NCBI GenBank assembly: GCA_964504305.1
Contig: CAZDEB010000004.1
Span: forward strand, 75,441-139,440
Source of the DNA: an uncultured Candidatus Nemicrothrix sp.
Lineage (GTDB): Bacteria; Actinomycetota; Acidimicrobiia; Acidimicrobiales; Aldehydirespiratoraceae
DNA: 64,000 bases
Direction of reading: 5' to 3'
In this document: positions 38,892 through 47,988 of the stretch, piece after piece
How the letters are laid out: the number at the start of each line of letters is the position of its first letter
Position numbering within the stretch: position 1 is the stretch's first letter
Notes under the pieces: model-generated
The model's input: the letters and a program-made list of their open reading frames with translations, nothing else
Told to the model about the DNA's origin: nothing
The model's database searches: none
Made by a program: the position numbers and the translations under genes

Positions 38892-40042
38892 GCGACCGGG
38901 GTTAGTTGGCGAAACAGTCGGCCGCCGACCGATATGAATCCGGCGGCGACCGCCGCGGCTACGGCACTCACAACCCACGCCCACCGAAAGCCGGCGTTGT
39001 CGGCGACTACGCCAAAAATCGCCGGCCCGGCGGTTGCCCCGACAAACATGCCGGCCTGCAACACTCCGCTCGCACCGCCGGGAGTGTCTCGGTGCTGTTC
39101 GACCACGCCCAGGTGCAAAACGCCGGGGAATGACCACGCCGCGGCGTAGGCGAGGAGGGCTCCGACGACCATCCACGCGTGATTGCCCGACCCGAGCATC
39201 GGGAACGCAAACGCGCCGACCGCCAGCAGCCCGACCGAGAACTGGAATCGATCGATTGGGCGACGATCCATCAAAGCCCCCCAGCCCACTCGGGTGGCGA
39301 TGAGGGCGACGCTTCCCCCAAACTGAAGCAGGCCGGCCCGACTCGGACTGAATCCCGCGTCTTCGAGCGATCGCACCAGAAAGGCGCCAATAGAGGCCAC
39401 CGCCGCGGCCCCCGCGCCCGCACCGACCGAGATCAGTAGCAAGGCTCGCGATGGATGATGGGTGCGTTGCGGGCTGGGCGGTTTTGATGAGCTCTCCACA
39501 ACGGGGAGCGAGACCAAGGCAACTGCTCCAACCGTTATGGCGTAGAGGTACGCCCACCTCCAGTCGATTCGGTTGGTGATAAGGGGTAGCGCCAGGCCGG
39601 CGAGCGCGGTGGAGATCGGTATGGCCGATTGCTTGAGCCCCAGCGCAAGACCCCGGCGTTGGGTCGGGACACCCGCGTTGATGATGGTGTTGTTACCCGG
39701 TTGGCTTATGGCATTGCCGACGGCCGCGACCCCGAACGCCACTAGCACCATCAGATAAGAGACCGACAACATCAGGGTGGCCGCGCCGATTATCGACATT
39801 GCCGCCGCGCCCCGAAGGGCCGGGGTTGGTCCTATCCGGTCGGTGAGTGCGCCGCCCCACGACGCCAGCAGCGCCGAGACCGCAAAGAAGAGGGCGACGG
39901 CGAGACCCTGCGCGGTGTCGCCAAATCCGAACTCGCGTTGCAGGCTCGGGGAGAGCGCACCAAACAGATGCACCGGAGCAACGGCGGCGACCATGGAGGC
40001 CATCGATGCACCGGTGACGTGAGCCGGCCGCGGGGTGGTCAT
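38879..40042 (-). CDS. MFS transporter
   Basis: Start set at ATG 40042 (MTTPRPAHV...). 387 aa, about 12 hydrophobic helices, MFS loop motif GGALTDRIGP. The track ORF extends further 5' without support. Confidence 0.75.
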   Translation of the reverse strand: MTTPRPAHVTGASMASMVAAVAPVHLFGALSPSLQREFGFGDTAQGLAVALFFAVSALLASWGGALTDRIGPTPALRGAAAMSIIGAATLMLSVSYLMVLVAFGVAAVGNAISQPGNNTIINAGVPTQRRGLALGLKQSAIPISTALAGLALPLITNRIDWRWAYLYAITVGAVALVSLPVVESSSKPPSPQRTHHPSRALLLISVGAGAGAAAVASIGAFLVRSLEDAGFSPSRAGLLQFGGSVALIATRVGWGALMDRRPIDRFQFSVGLLAVGAFAFPMLGSGNHAWMVVGALLAYAAAWSFPGVLHLGVVEQHRDTPGGASGVLQAGMFVGATAGPAIFGVVADNAGFRWAWVVSAVAAAVAAGFISVGGRLFRQLTPVAQPS

Positions 40043-40075
40043 CGGACAAGTGTGCCCGGTCGATAGCCTCGCCCC

Positions 40076-40225
40076 ATGGAAAAGCCGACACCCGATGCAT
40101 CCAAGCTGCTCGCCCAATGGGAAGAGTGGGAGCGAGGCGAAACTCCGCCCGGCAAGGTCATGAGCAACCTGAAGACCGGTGGGCTGCCCGACCTGTTGCG
40201 GACCCTCACCGAGTCCGACTCCTGA
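40076..40225 (+). CDS. Candidate small protein (49 aa), unannotated in the ORF track
   Basis: Hand translation gives MEKPTPDASKLLAQWEEWERGETPPGKVMSNLKTGGLPDLLRTLTESDS*. Third-position G/C bias matches neighbouring genes. The overlapping track frame (40117...) is Arg/Pro-rich noise here. Confidence 0.4.
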   Translation: MEKPTPDASKLLAQWEEWERGETPPGKVMSNLKTGGLPDLLRTLTESDS

Positions 40226-40311
40226 GCAAGCCAAACCAAACGGGGAGCTGGTGGGCTCCGCCTACGGGCCGGGGCGGGCCTCAACACATCCCGCGGCCGC
40301 CCGCCGCTCGA

Positions 40312-40950
40312 TTGGGTGGTCCGCCGCCGTGGTCGGGGCTTCGTGCCCAAGACCGAGTTGCTCGACTCGATCAGTTAATCGAGCGCTTGGCCACTCGTTC
40401 TGCGCAAGTCGTCGAAGGGGGGCCAACCGCGGCGACCGCCTCGGCGGTGTTGTGTGTGCTGTACGAGGACGAGGGCGAACTCCATGTCGTGCTGACTCGG
40501 CGTTCGCCCAACATGCGTCACCATGCGCACGAGATTTCGTTCCCCGGGGGGCGTCAAGATCCATCCGATGCCGACTTGTGGGCTACCGCGTTGCGCGAGT
40601 CGGCCGAAGAGATCGGGTTGGATCCCGGCACGGTCGTTCCGGTCGGGCAACTCGACAGCTTCGTAACCGTCGGGTCGCGTTCGCTGATTCATCCCTTTGT
40701 CGCCGTGTGCGCCGGGCGGCCTGTTGTAGAGGTGGCGTCGCCCCGCGAGGTCGAAGCGGTTGTCCACGTGAGCCTGGCCGAGCTGCTGAGCGACGAGGTG
40801 TGGCGTGAGGAGATTTGGCAGTTCGACGATCGGGGCGAGAGAGCTCTTACTTTCTTCGAGATCGTCGGAGACACGATTTGGGGGGCGACTGGCGCAATGT
40901 TGCGCCAGCTTCTCGCAATAGCTACCGATACTGAGGCCCAGTCTGGCTGA
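40312..40950 (+). CDS. Nudix hydrolase (CoA pyrophosphatase-like)
   Basis: Nudix box GGRQDPSDADLWATALRESAEEIGL. The start is uncertain: TTG 40312, TTG 40387, or the unlikely track start at 40117. Confidence 0.75.
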   Translation: MGGPPPWSGLRAQDRVARLDQLIERLATRSAQVVEGGPTAATASAVLCVLYEDEGELHVVLTRRSPNMRHHAHEISFPGGRQDPSDADLWATALRESAEEIGLDPGTVVPVGQLDSFVTVGSRSLIHPFVAVCAGRPVVEVASPREVEAVVHVSLAELLSDEVWREEIWQFDDRGERALTFFEIVGDTIWGATGAMLRQLLAIATDTEAQSG

Positions 40951-40959
40951 CCGCGGTGG

Positions 40960-42738
40960 TTGGTGTCCTCAAATTCGGGTCGCGCCAGCCGACAAGTTCG
41001 TATGCCTTCGAATATCGGTCGTCCCGCGAGAGAGCGCAAACGGGTTCACCTAGCGCCGTACCAGCGGGTCGTCACACTCTCGCTGTCGTTGTTGCTGCTG
41101 ATGACGCTGATCGTTGGGCTCGGCACTTTAGGGGTGCATCACATGCGGTCCGACTTCGATGATTTGGTCGCCGAGGACCTTCCCCGCTTTGACGCGTTGT
41201 TGCATCTCGACCGCGACCTGTTCAGGGCCCAACTGGCGCTCGAAAACGCAATGCTCGCCAGCAACGCAAACCAACGTTTCGAGAGCCTGGCGGAGTACCA
41301 GAATCAGGTTGATCGTACCGAGAATCGTTGGCTCGCATACCTTGACGTGAGCGCCGGAGGTTCCCAAGAACTTCAGTGGCAGTCCGACTACGACGCGGCG
41401 CGAGCTCGATGGCTTGCTTCTTCGGCGGCCCTCGCGGCGCTTATCGAAGCAGACGGCGGTAGCGACTTACACCTCACGACCGAACTTGCATTGGCCCAGG
41501 CCGACTTTGTGACCATGCGCGATGTTGTCGATCACCTGGAGGAGGACATCGCCGAACCTCTGATCGACGCGTCGACTGCGTCGGTCACCGATCAAGCCGA
41601 TACCACCACCAGCGATCTCACCACCCTTCTCGCGATCGGGCTCATGCTGGGCGCGGGGATTTCGTTCACCACCTATCGGGCCGCTCGCCAACAGCATCGC
41701 CAGTCAGGGCGCAGCGAGGCCGAGCAAGCCGCCGACACGGCGCGGGCGCTGTTCGAGGCCGAACTTGGCCAAGCCCTCGATATGGCCCAAGACGAGATGG
41801 GGGCCACCCACGCCGTCGAATTGGTGCTGGCCGCTGAGCTTCCGGGCCGTCCCGCCGAACTCTTGTTGGCCGATTCGAGCCACGCCCATCTCACCCAGGC
41901 GCTTACTACCGACAAGGAGCACGGCGGTCCGGGTTGTGGCGTCTTCGAGCCGGGCGATTGCCCGGCGGTTCGTCGCGGTACCACCCTGACCTTTGACGAC
42001 AGCGAGGCTTATTCGGCCTGTCCGTACCTTCGTGGCCGAGACATCGGCCCGACTTCGGCAGTGTGCGTTCCGGTGAGCGTCGCTGGTCGTTCGGCAGGAG
42101 TGTTGCACTCGACGGGCGAGGTGAACGCCGTCGCTAGCGGTGTGGTCGTGCACAAGCTCGAAGAAGTGGCCGACCGCGCCGGCGATCGCATCGGGGTGAT
42201 CCGAGCGTTCGCTCAGTCCCAAACATTGGCGTCAACCGACGCATTGACGGGACTAGCCAACCGGCGGTCGTTCGAGAACGAAGCCAACAGTCGGCTTCGT
42301 TCCGGTAGTAAGCTGGCCTTTGTTTACGGCGATCTAGATCATTTCAAGTTGCTAAACGACAAACATGGCCACGACGCCGGGGATCGAGCTCTGCGCTTGT
42401 TCTCTCGAGTGCTGAGCGAATCGATCCGTGAAACCGACATGGCCGCTCGTTGGGGCGGTGAAGAGTTTGTGCTCATGTTTGCCAACGCCGACACCGAAAT
42501 TGCGGTGCGGCTGATCGAGCGCATCCGCGAGAACATGATCTTGGCCCAGGCCGCATCGACCACGCCGCCGTTTACGGCCAGCTTTGGTGTCTCTGATACG
42601 TCGATGGCCGAACACCTCGACGAACTGGTCAACTTGGCCGACGAATCGTTGCTCGAAGCCAAGAAGCGCGGTCGCAACTGCACGGTGGTGTCGCAGGGCC
42701 ATCTTGGCGAGGCTGATCCCGAACCGGTCGAGGCCTGA
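40960..42738 (+). CDS. Membrane diguanylate cyclase (DGC-D), fourth Cys4 GAF-like/GGDEF paralog with 4HB-type ectodomain
   Basis: 592 aa from GTG 40960 (alternative ATG 41002). Cys326/334/354/369 lie in ELLLADSS...GCGVFEPGDCPAVRRG...CPYL...AVCVP...GVLH. GDLDHFKLLND...RETDMAARWGGEEF. Confidence 0.87.
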   Translation: MVSSNSGRASRQVRMPSNIGRPARERKRVHLAPYQRVVTLSLSLLLLMTLIVGLGTLGVHHMRSDFDDLVAEDLPRFDALLHLDRDLFRAQLALENAMLASNANQRFESLAEYQNQVDRTENRWLAYLDVSAGGSQELQWQSDYDAARARWLASSAALAALIEADGGSDLHLTTELALAQADFVTMRDVVDHLEEDIAEPLIDASTASVTDQADTTTSDLTTLLAIGLMLGAGISFTTYRAARQQHRQSGRSEAEQAADTARALFEAELGQALDMAQDEMGATHAVELVLAAELPGRPAELLLADSSHAHLTQALTTDKEHGGPGCGVFEPGDCPAVRRGTTLTFDDSEAYSACPYLRGRDIGPTSAVCVPVSVAGRSAGVLHSTGEVNAVASGVVVHKLEEVADRAGDRIGVIRAFAQSQTLASTDALTGLANRRSFENEANSRLRSGSKLAFVYGDLDHFKLLNDKHGHDAGDRALRLFSRVLSESIRETDMAARWGGEEFVLMFANADTEIAVRLIERIRENMILAQAASTTPPFTASFGVSDTSMAEHLDELVNLADESLLEAKKRGRNCTVVSQGHLGEADPEPVEA

Positions 42739-42753
42739 CGCTACAGTCAGGGC

Positions 42754-43134
42754 ATGCCGGAGATCCGTTTCAACGCCGACACCCACCCCGAACTCGTCCA
42801 GCAGGTGCGAGTTTGGCTCGAGTCTGCCGAGGCCGAGCGCACCGCGGTCGACGTTGTCAGCGCCAGCGCCGAGCTGACCAAAGACGCCTTGCGGCTCATC
42901 GCCGCATCAGCGCCGGCTCCACTCGCCGACAGCGAACTGGTCAGCGGCCTTACCGCCCTCGGGCATCGTGCGACCGATGCCAGCCGAGACGCAGTGATCG
43001 CCGGGCTCGATGGCCTGGCCGCGGTTACCGACGGTCGGTTGGTTCGCAAGGTTGGCGAACAAGGAGCCAAAGCGGCGTACGAAATGAACAGTGCGACGGC
43101 CAAACAGCTCCTGAAGTCCCTCTTGGGCGGCTAA
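42754..43134 (+). CDS. Hypothetical protein
   Basis: 126-aa Ala-rich ORF, 16 nt after DGC-D, with coding-like codon bias. No family recognised. Confidence 0.5.
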   Translation: MPEIRFNADTHPELVQQVRVWLESAEAERTAVDVVSASAELTKDALRLIAASAPAPLADSELVSGLTALGHRATDASRDAVIAGLDGLAAVTDGRLVRKVGEQGAKAAYEMNSATAKQLLKSLLGG

Positions 43135-43192
43135 CATCGCTTCTTTCTCGGGAGGCTTCCGAGTCCCCGTTTGCAGCGAGAGGCAACGCATC

Positions 43193-44755
43193 ATGAACGC
43201 GGCCGCACCGGGCTCTGACGGCACCTTCGACACAGTTGTGGTGGTCGATTTCGGCGCCCAATACGCGCAACTTATTGCTCGGCGGGTGCGCGAGGCTCAC
43301 GTCTACAGCGAAATCGTCGCCCCCACCATTTCGGCGGCCGAGCTCGAGGCAAGGCAACCGGCGGGCATCATCTTCAGTGGTGGCCCCGATTCGGTGCACG
43401 CCGAAGGGGCGATTGCCATCGACCCCGACGTTTACGACCTCGGCATCCCGATCCTCGGCATTTGTTACGGAGCACAGCTCATTGCCCAACAAAATGGTGG
43501 ACGGGTTGGGCGAACCGAACGAGGCGAATACGGCCGCACCGTCCTAACCGTCGCCGCCGATGGTGGTTGCCTTCTGACCGACACGCCCCCGACTCAAAAT
43601 GTCTGGATGAGCCATTTCGATGCCATCGTCGAGCCGCCGATCGACGTCCGGGCCACGGCCTCGACTCCCGACGCTCCGGTCGCGGCTTTCGAGGGCCGCC
43701 AGCGGGGGCTGTACGGCGTGCAGTTCCATCCCGAAGTGATGCACACCCAACACGGTCAGCAAGTGATCGAACGTTTCCTGCGTGATGGTTGTGGCATCGA
43801 AGCCAATTGGACCATGGCATCGATCATCGACACGTCGGTCGAACAAATCCGCAACCAGGTTGGCGACCGTAACGCCATCTGCGGACTGTCCGGGGGTGTC
43901 GATTCGGCGGTCGCGGCGGCGTTGGTTCACAAAGCCATCGGCGATCAGCTCACGTGCGTGTTCGTCGACACTGGTCTGATGCGGCTCGACGAGGGTGCCC
44001 AAGTGGTCGAAACCTTCGAACGCAACTTCGGGGTGCGGCTCATTCATGTCGATGCCGGCCAACGATTCTTTGCTGCCCTGTCCGGCATCACCGAACCCGA
44101 GGCCAAACGCAAAGCGATCGGCGAGTTGTTCATTCGAGTGTTCGAGGATGCAAAAGCCGACGTGGCCGACGCCGATTTCCTTGTTCAAGGCACGTTGTAC
44201 CCCGACGTGATCGAATCGGGCAGCGAGCACGCGTCGACCATCAAGAGCCATCACAATGTCGGGGGCCTGCCCGATGACATCGACTTTGCGTTGGTCGAAC
44301 CGTTGCGCAGTCTCTTCAAAGACGAAGTCCGCCAGGTTGGGTCAGAGCTCGGGTTGCCCGACGAAATCGTGCAGCGTCAGCCGTTCCCCGGCCCGGGATT
44401 GGGTGTGCGGATAATTGGCGAAGTCACCCCCGACAAGGTCGCGACTTTGCAGCACGCCGACTTCATCGTGCGCGAAGAGTTGCGATTGGCGGGCCTCGAA
44501 CGCGAGATCTGGCAGTCCTTTGCCGTGCTTCCCGATATTCGAAGCGTGGGGGTGATGGGGGACGAACGCACCTACGGCCACCCGATCATCATTCGTGCCG
44601 TCACCAGCGAAGACGCCATGACCGCCGACTGGGCTCGTATTCCCTACGACGTTCTCGAAACAATGAGCAGCCGCGTCATCAACGAAGTCGCGGGAGTCAA
44701 CCGTGTCGCCTACGACATCACGTCAAAGCCGCCGGGGACCATCGAATGGGAGTAG
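43193..44755 (+). CDS. guaA: GMP synthase (glutamine-hydrolysing)
   Basis: 520 aa. [19 protein letters not shown]...ILGICYG...[11 protein letters not shown]...ends PGTIEWE. Confidence 0.97.
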   Translation: MNAAAPGSDGTFDTVVVVDFGAQYAQLIARRVREAHVYSEIVAPTISAAELEARQPAGIIFSGGPDSVHAEGAIAIDPDVYDLGIPILGICYGAQLIAQQNGGRVGRTERGEYGRTVLTVAADGGCLLTDTPPTQNVWMSHFDAIVEPPIDVRATASTPDAPVAAFEGRQRGLYGVQFHPEVMHTQHGQQVIERFLRDGCGIEANWTMASIIDTSVEQIRNQVGDRNAICGLSGGVDSAVAAALVHKAIGDQLTCVFVDTGLMRLDEGAQVVETFERNFGVRLIHVDAGQRFFAALSGITEPEAKRKAIGELFIRVFEDAKADVADADFLVQGTLYPDVIESGSEHASTIKSHHNVGGLPDDIDFALVEPLRSLFKDEVRQVGSELGLPDEIVQRQPFPGPGLGVRIIGEVTPDKVATLQHADFIVREELRLAGLEREIWQSFAVLPDIRSVGVMGDERTYGHPIIIRAVTSEDAMTADWARIPYDVLETMSSRVINEVAGVNRVAYDITSKPPGTIEWE

Positions 44756-45327
44756 CACTCGACGCTGCGGCCTATCAGCAAGCGGCCGCGATCATGGGCG
44801 AACTGGTGGTGGGGCTCTCTGACGACGAGTGGGGTCTTGTCACCCATCCCGACGATTGGACGGTGGTTACCACCGTTGCCTGGGTTGTGGTTGGCGATTC
44901 GCAGTTGCGCAACGGCGCCGAGGGCGAACCGCTGGTCCGCATCGGCGATTTTGATGCCGCGGTCTTGGGGCCCAACCCGGTGGCTGCTTGGCGCGGCACT
45001 GCGGTTGGAGTACTCAAGGCCCTCGAAGGGTCGTCGCTCGACCATCAAAGCGTTGATCACCCCGACGGCACCGTCGCTCTGGCCGACCTTGTCGCTCAGC
45101 GGGTGAGCGAAAATTTGTTACGGGCGTGGGATGTTGGTCAGGCAGTACGACGTCCGGTCGAGTTGCCCGTCGATCTGGCCGACGCGTGCCTCGATTTCTG
45201 GGCCAGTCACGCCGATGCTGTACTTGGCGGCAACATCTTGGCCGACCAACCGGTCGAACCGGCCCCCGGCGCTGGTGCCGTCGAGCGGTTCCTTGGCTTG
45301 ATGGGCAGGGACTCGATCACACCGTGA
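44746..45327 (+). CDS. DinB/mycothiol-dependent maleylpyruvate isomerase-like family protein
   Basis: 193 aa. The N-terminal helical region with ..[14 protein letters not shown].. resembles the TIGR03083/03086-type actinobacterial family as I remember it. Confidence 0.45.
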   Translation: MGVALDAAAYQQAAAIMGELVVGLSDDEWGLVTHPDDWTVVTTVAWVVVGDSQLRNGAEGEPLVRIGDFDAAVLGPNPVAAWRGTAVGVLKALEGSSLDHQSVDHPDGTVALADLVAQRVSENLLRAWDVGQAVRRPVELPVDLADACLDFWASHADAVLGGNILADQPVEPAPGAGAVERFLGLMGRDSITP

Positions 45328-45365
45328 CGGCGTCGGATTAGCGGGCGCCTTACCCGGCGGTGCTC

Positions 45366-45409
45366 GTTTACCCAGTGTTCAGGTTGTTGGTCGTCGTTGT
45401 TCAGCCGAA
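45366..45409 (+). promoter_or_regulatory. Candidate PHO box (four 11-nt direct-repeat units) upstream of pstS-1
   Basis: GTTTACCcagt GTTCAGGttgt TGGTCGTcgtt GTTCAGCcgaa, with units starting at 45366/45377/45388/45399. Matches the GTTCACC-type 11-nt repeat architecture of actinobacterial PhoP sites. Confidence 0.55.
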
Positions 45410-45449
45410 GGCAAATTGATGGTCAAGTCGGCTTCGTACGGTCGGCGTC

Positions 45450-46544
45450 ATGAAAACAACTTCTAGACGTTCAAGAAATCTTGTCCTTGCTGCTCTGGTC
45501 GCCACCTTCGGATTGCTGGTCGCGGCCTGCGGCGGGTCCTCAGACGCGACTGCCCCCACGCAGGCCCAAGACAGCGCTGCTGTCGATGGGACTGCGCCGC
45601 TGGAAGGTGAGTTCCTGGTGTCGGGCTCTTCGACCGTCTACCCGATCGTTCTACGCCAGGCCGAGGCTTTTGGTGGGGTCAACACCGGCGTCGCAATATC
45701 GGTCGAAGGACCCGGATCTGGTGACGGTGCGCAGAAGTTCTGTGCCGGCGAAGTCCCGATCGCCAACGCCTCACGTCTTTACAAGGACGCCGAAGTCGAA
45801 ACCTGTCAAGCAAACGGCGTCGAGTTCATCGAGTTGCGCCGCGGCATTGACGGAATCTCGGTTGTCACCTCGCCTGACAACGACCAGATCGAATGCGTCT
45901 CGTTAAACGACATCTACTCGATCGTGAGCGAAGAAGCCTTTGGTTTCGAGAGCTGGGCCGACGCCAATGCTCTTACCGCCACTTGGGACGGCACCGAGTT
46001 TGCCGACACCGCACTCGACATCTTTGGCCCCGGTGAGGAGTCGGGCACATTCGACTCCTTCGGAGAGATCGTGATCGAATCAGTTGCCAAAGGCAAGACG
46101 GGACTGGACCCCGAGTCGCGCGAGTTCGTCAAGACGATTCGCCCCGACTACACCTCGTCCCCTGACGACAACATCATCATCGAGGGCGTCGGCTCGAGCC
46201 AGTACTCGTTTGGATGGGTGGGGTACGCCTACGCCCAAAGCGCTGCCGATGCCGGTGACGTCAAGCTGGTTGCCGTTTCCAAGGAGGACGGCGGCGACTG
46301 CGTTACCCCGAATCCCGAAACGATTGCGTCGGCCGAGTTCCCGATCTCGCGATTCTTGTACACCTACGTGAACGCCGAAGCGGCCGCCAATGACCCGGCC
46401 GTCTCGGCATTTGTCGACTACATGATGTCTGACGAAGGGCTTACCGCGGTGACCGCCGCAGGTTACGTCGACCTTTCCGCCGCCGATCAGACGTTGAGCC
46501 AGGGCATCTGGGCCAACCGGTCGACTGGCCGTAGCTGGGGTTAG
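45450..46544 (+). CDS. pstS: Phosphate ABC transporter substrate-binding lipoprotein PstS (copy 1)
   Basis: 364 aa. Lipobox LLVAAC. SGSSTVYPIV...VEGPGSGDGAQKF is a PBP-like-2 phosphate-binding pattern. Confidence 0.85.
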   Translation: MKTTSRRSRNLVLAALVATFGLLVAACGGSSDATAPTQAQDSAAVDGTAPLEGEFLVSGSSTVYPIVLRQAEAFGGVNTGVAISVEGPGSGDGAQKFCAGEVPIANASRLYKDAEVETCQANGVEFIELRRGIDGISVVTSPDNDQIECVSLNDIYSIVSEEAFGFESWADANALTATWDGTEFADTALDIFGPGEESGTFDSFGEIVIESVAKGKTGLDPESREFVKTIRPDYTSSPDDNIIIEGVGSSQYSFGWVGYAYAQSAADAGDVKLVAVSKEDGGDCVTPNPETIASAEFPISRFLYTYVNAEAAANDPAVSAFVDYMMSDEGLTAVTAAGYVDLSAADQTLSQGIWANRSTGRSWG

Positions 46545-46587
46545 TCGTCGATGCCAGTTTGGCCACTTCGAGTTTCGAGTAGCGGTA

Positions 46588-46628
46588 CAGAATTGCCCGG
46601 GGCCGACTTTCGTCCCCGGGCAATTCTG
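46588..46628 (+). terminator. Stem-loop terminator candidate after pstS-1
   Basis: CAGAATTGCCCGGGG-N11-CCCCGGGCAATTCTG is a perfect 15-bp stem, 44 nt after the stop. No clear T-tract. Confidence 0.55.
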
Positions 46629-46773
46629 ACTGCGTGAACTAACGGACATGACTTTCTAGGTCGACGTGCAACTCTGATGCTTGCTCCCGGAGTTGTGTCG
46701 CGGCGGCATCGTCGTTTGAGCCCGGCACGACGAGATGCCCGACTAGCCCGCCCCGACGCGATTGGTCCGCCGC

Positions 46774-46817
46774 GTTTACCCGTTGTTCACTTTGATGAAG
46801 CCAGTCGTTCACCTGAG
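46774..46817 (+). promoter_or_regulatory. Candidate PHO box (four 11-nt direct-repeat units) upstream of pstS-2
   Basis: GTTTACCcgtt GTTCACTttga TGAAGCCagtc GTTCACCtgag, with units at 46774/46785/46796/46807. Same unit pattern as the pstS-1 site. Confidence 0.6.
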
Positions 46818-46893
46818 CGAAGCAGGAGTCCATCCGGCCTCCGTATCGTGCGCGGGCGTGACTGAAATTCTCCCAATATCTCGGGCCGATCGA

Positions 46894-47988
46894 GTGCGAA
46901 GCGTTGTTGTGCTGCTTGGACTATTTGCCGGTTTCGCGGGCGTCGCGGCCGCGGTCGATTCGGTTCAGGCCGAACCGGTTCGGGTTGCGGTCCAGTCGGG
47001 GGTGGCGTTGGATAGCGCCGACGTTTCGGTCGAGCCGACGGTTGTCGAAGGAGACTTTTTGGTGTCGGGCTCCTCGACGGTTTACCCGATCGTGCTTCGC
47101 CAGGCCGAACAATTCGGTGCGCTGAACGCCGGGGTCGCAATCTCGGTAGAAGGCCCCGGGTCCGGTGACGGGGCCAAGAAGTTCTGCGCTGGCGAGGTGC
47201 CCATCGCCAATGCGTCGCGGCTCTACAAGGACGCCGAGCGCGCCGCGTGCGCCGACAACAACATCGACTACATCGAGATCCGTCGGGGAATCGACGGCAT
47301 CTCGGTGATTACGTCGCCAGAGAACGACCTCATCGATTGTGTGTCGTTCAACGATTTGTACTCCCTAGTCTCCGAAGAGGCGCTCAACTTTCACAAGTGG
47401 TCCGATGCCAACGTCTTGACGTCAGCCTGGGGTGGCACCCAGTTCCCAGACGTCGATCTTCAGATCTTTGGTCCCGGCGAGGAGTCCGGCACCTTCGACT
47501 CGTTCGGCGAGATCGTTGTGGAGTCGGTGGCCAAGGGCAAGACCGGCCTCGACCCGGCCTCGCACGACTATGTCAAGACGATTCGTCCCGATTACACGTC
47601 GAGTCCTGACGACAACGTGATTCTCGAAGGTGTCGGCTCGTCCCAGTACTCGATTGGATGGGTCGGCTACGCCTTTGCCAAGGAAGCCGAGACGGCCGGG
47701 CGGGCCAAGTTGCTCGATGTGTCGTTTGGCGATGACGATTCGTGCGTCACTCCGACTCCGGAGACGATTGCCTCGGCCGACTTCCCCATCGCTCGCTATC
47801 TGTACACCTATGTGAACGCTGACGCCGCAGCGACGGACCCGTCGGTGGCGGCGTTTGTCGACTACATGATGTCCGACGTCGGGCTCGAGTCCGTGACCGA
47901 GGTTGGATATGTCAGACTCGCTGAGGCCGATCAGCTTCGCGCTCACGCAGTGTGGAACAACCGGATTACCGGGCCTTCGTGGGAGTAG
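46894..47988 (+). CDS. pstS: Phosphate ABC transporter substrate-binding protein PstS (copy 2, Sec-type signal, no lipobox)
   Basis: Start set at GTG 46894 (VRSVVVLLGLFAGFAGVAAAVDSVQA), giving 364 aa like copy 1. The track start at 46762 would run through the PHO box. Long identical blocks with copy 1. Confidence 0.85.
   Translation: MRSVVVLLGLFAGFAGVAAAVDSVQAEPVRVAVQSGVALDSADVSVEPTVVEGDFLVSGSSTVYPIVLRQAEQFGALNAGVAISVEGPGSGDGAKKFCAGEVPIANASRLYKDAERAACADNNIDYIEIRRGIDGISVITSPENDLIDCVSFNDLYSLVSEEALNFHKWSDANVLTSAWGGTQFPDVDLQIFGPGEESGTFDSFGEIVVESVAKGKTGLDPASHDYVKTIRPDYTSSPDDNVILEGVGSSQYSIGWVGYAFAKEAETAGRAKLLDVSFGDDDSCVTPTPETIASADFPIARYLYTYVNADAAATDPSVAAFVDYMMSDVGLESVTEVGYVRLAEADQLRAHAVWNNRITGPSWE

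Noticed and set aside
40117-40311. 5' extension of the Nudix ORF as given in the track
   Set aside because: The extension is Arg/Pro/Gly-rich, has no homology to Nudix N-termini, and overlaps the better-looking small ORF at 40076-40225. A downstream TTG start is preferred.
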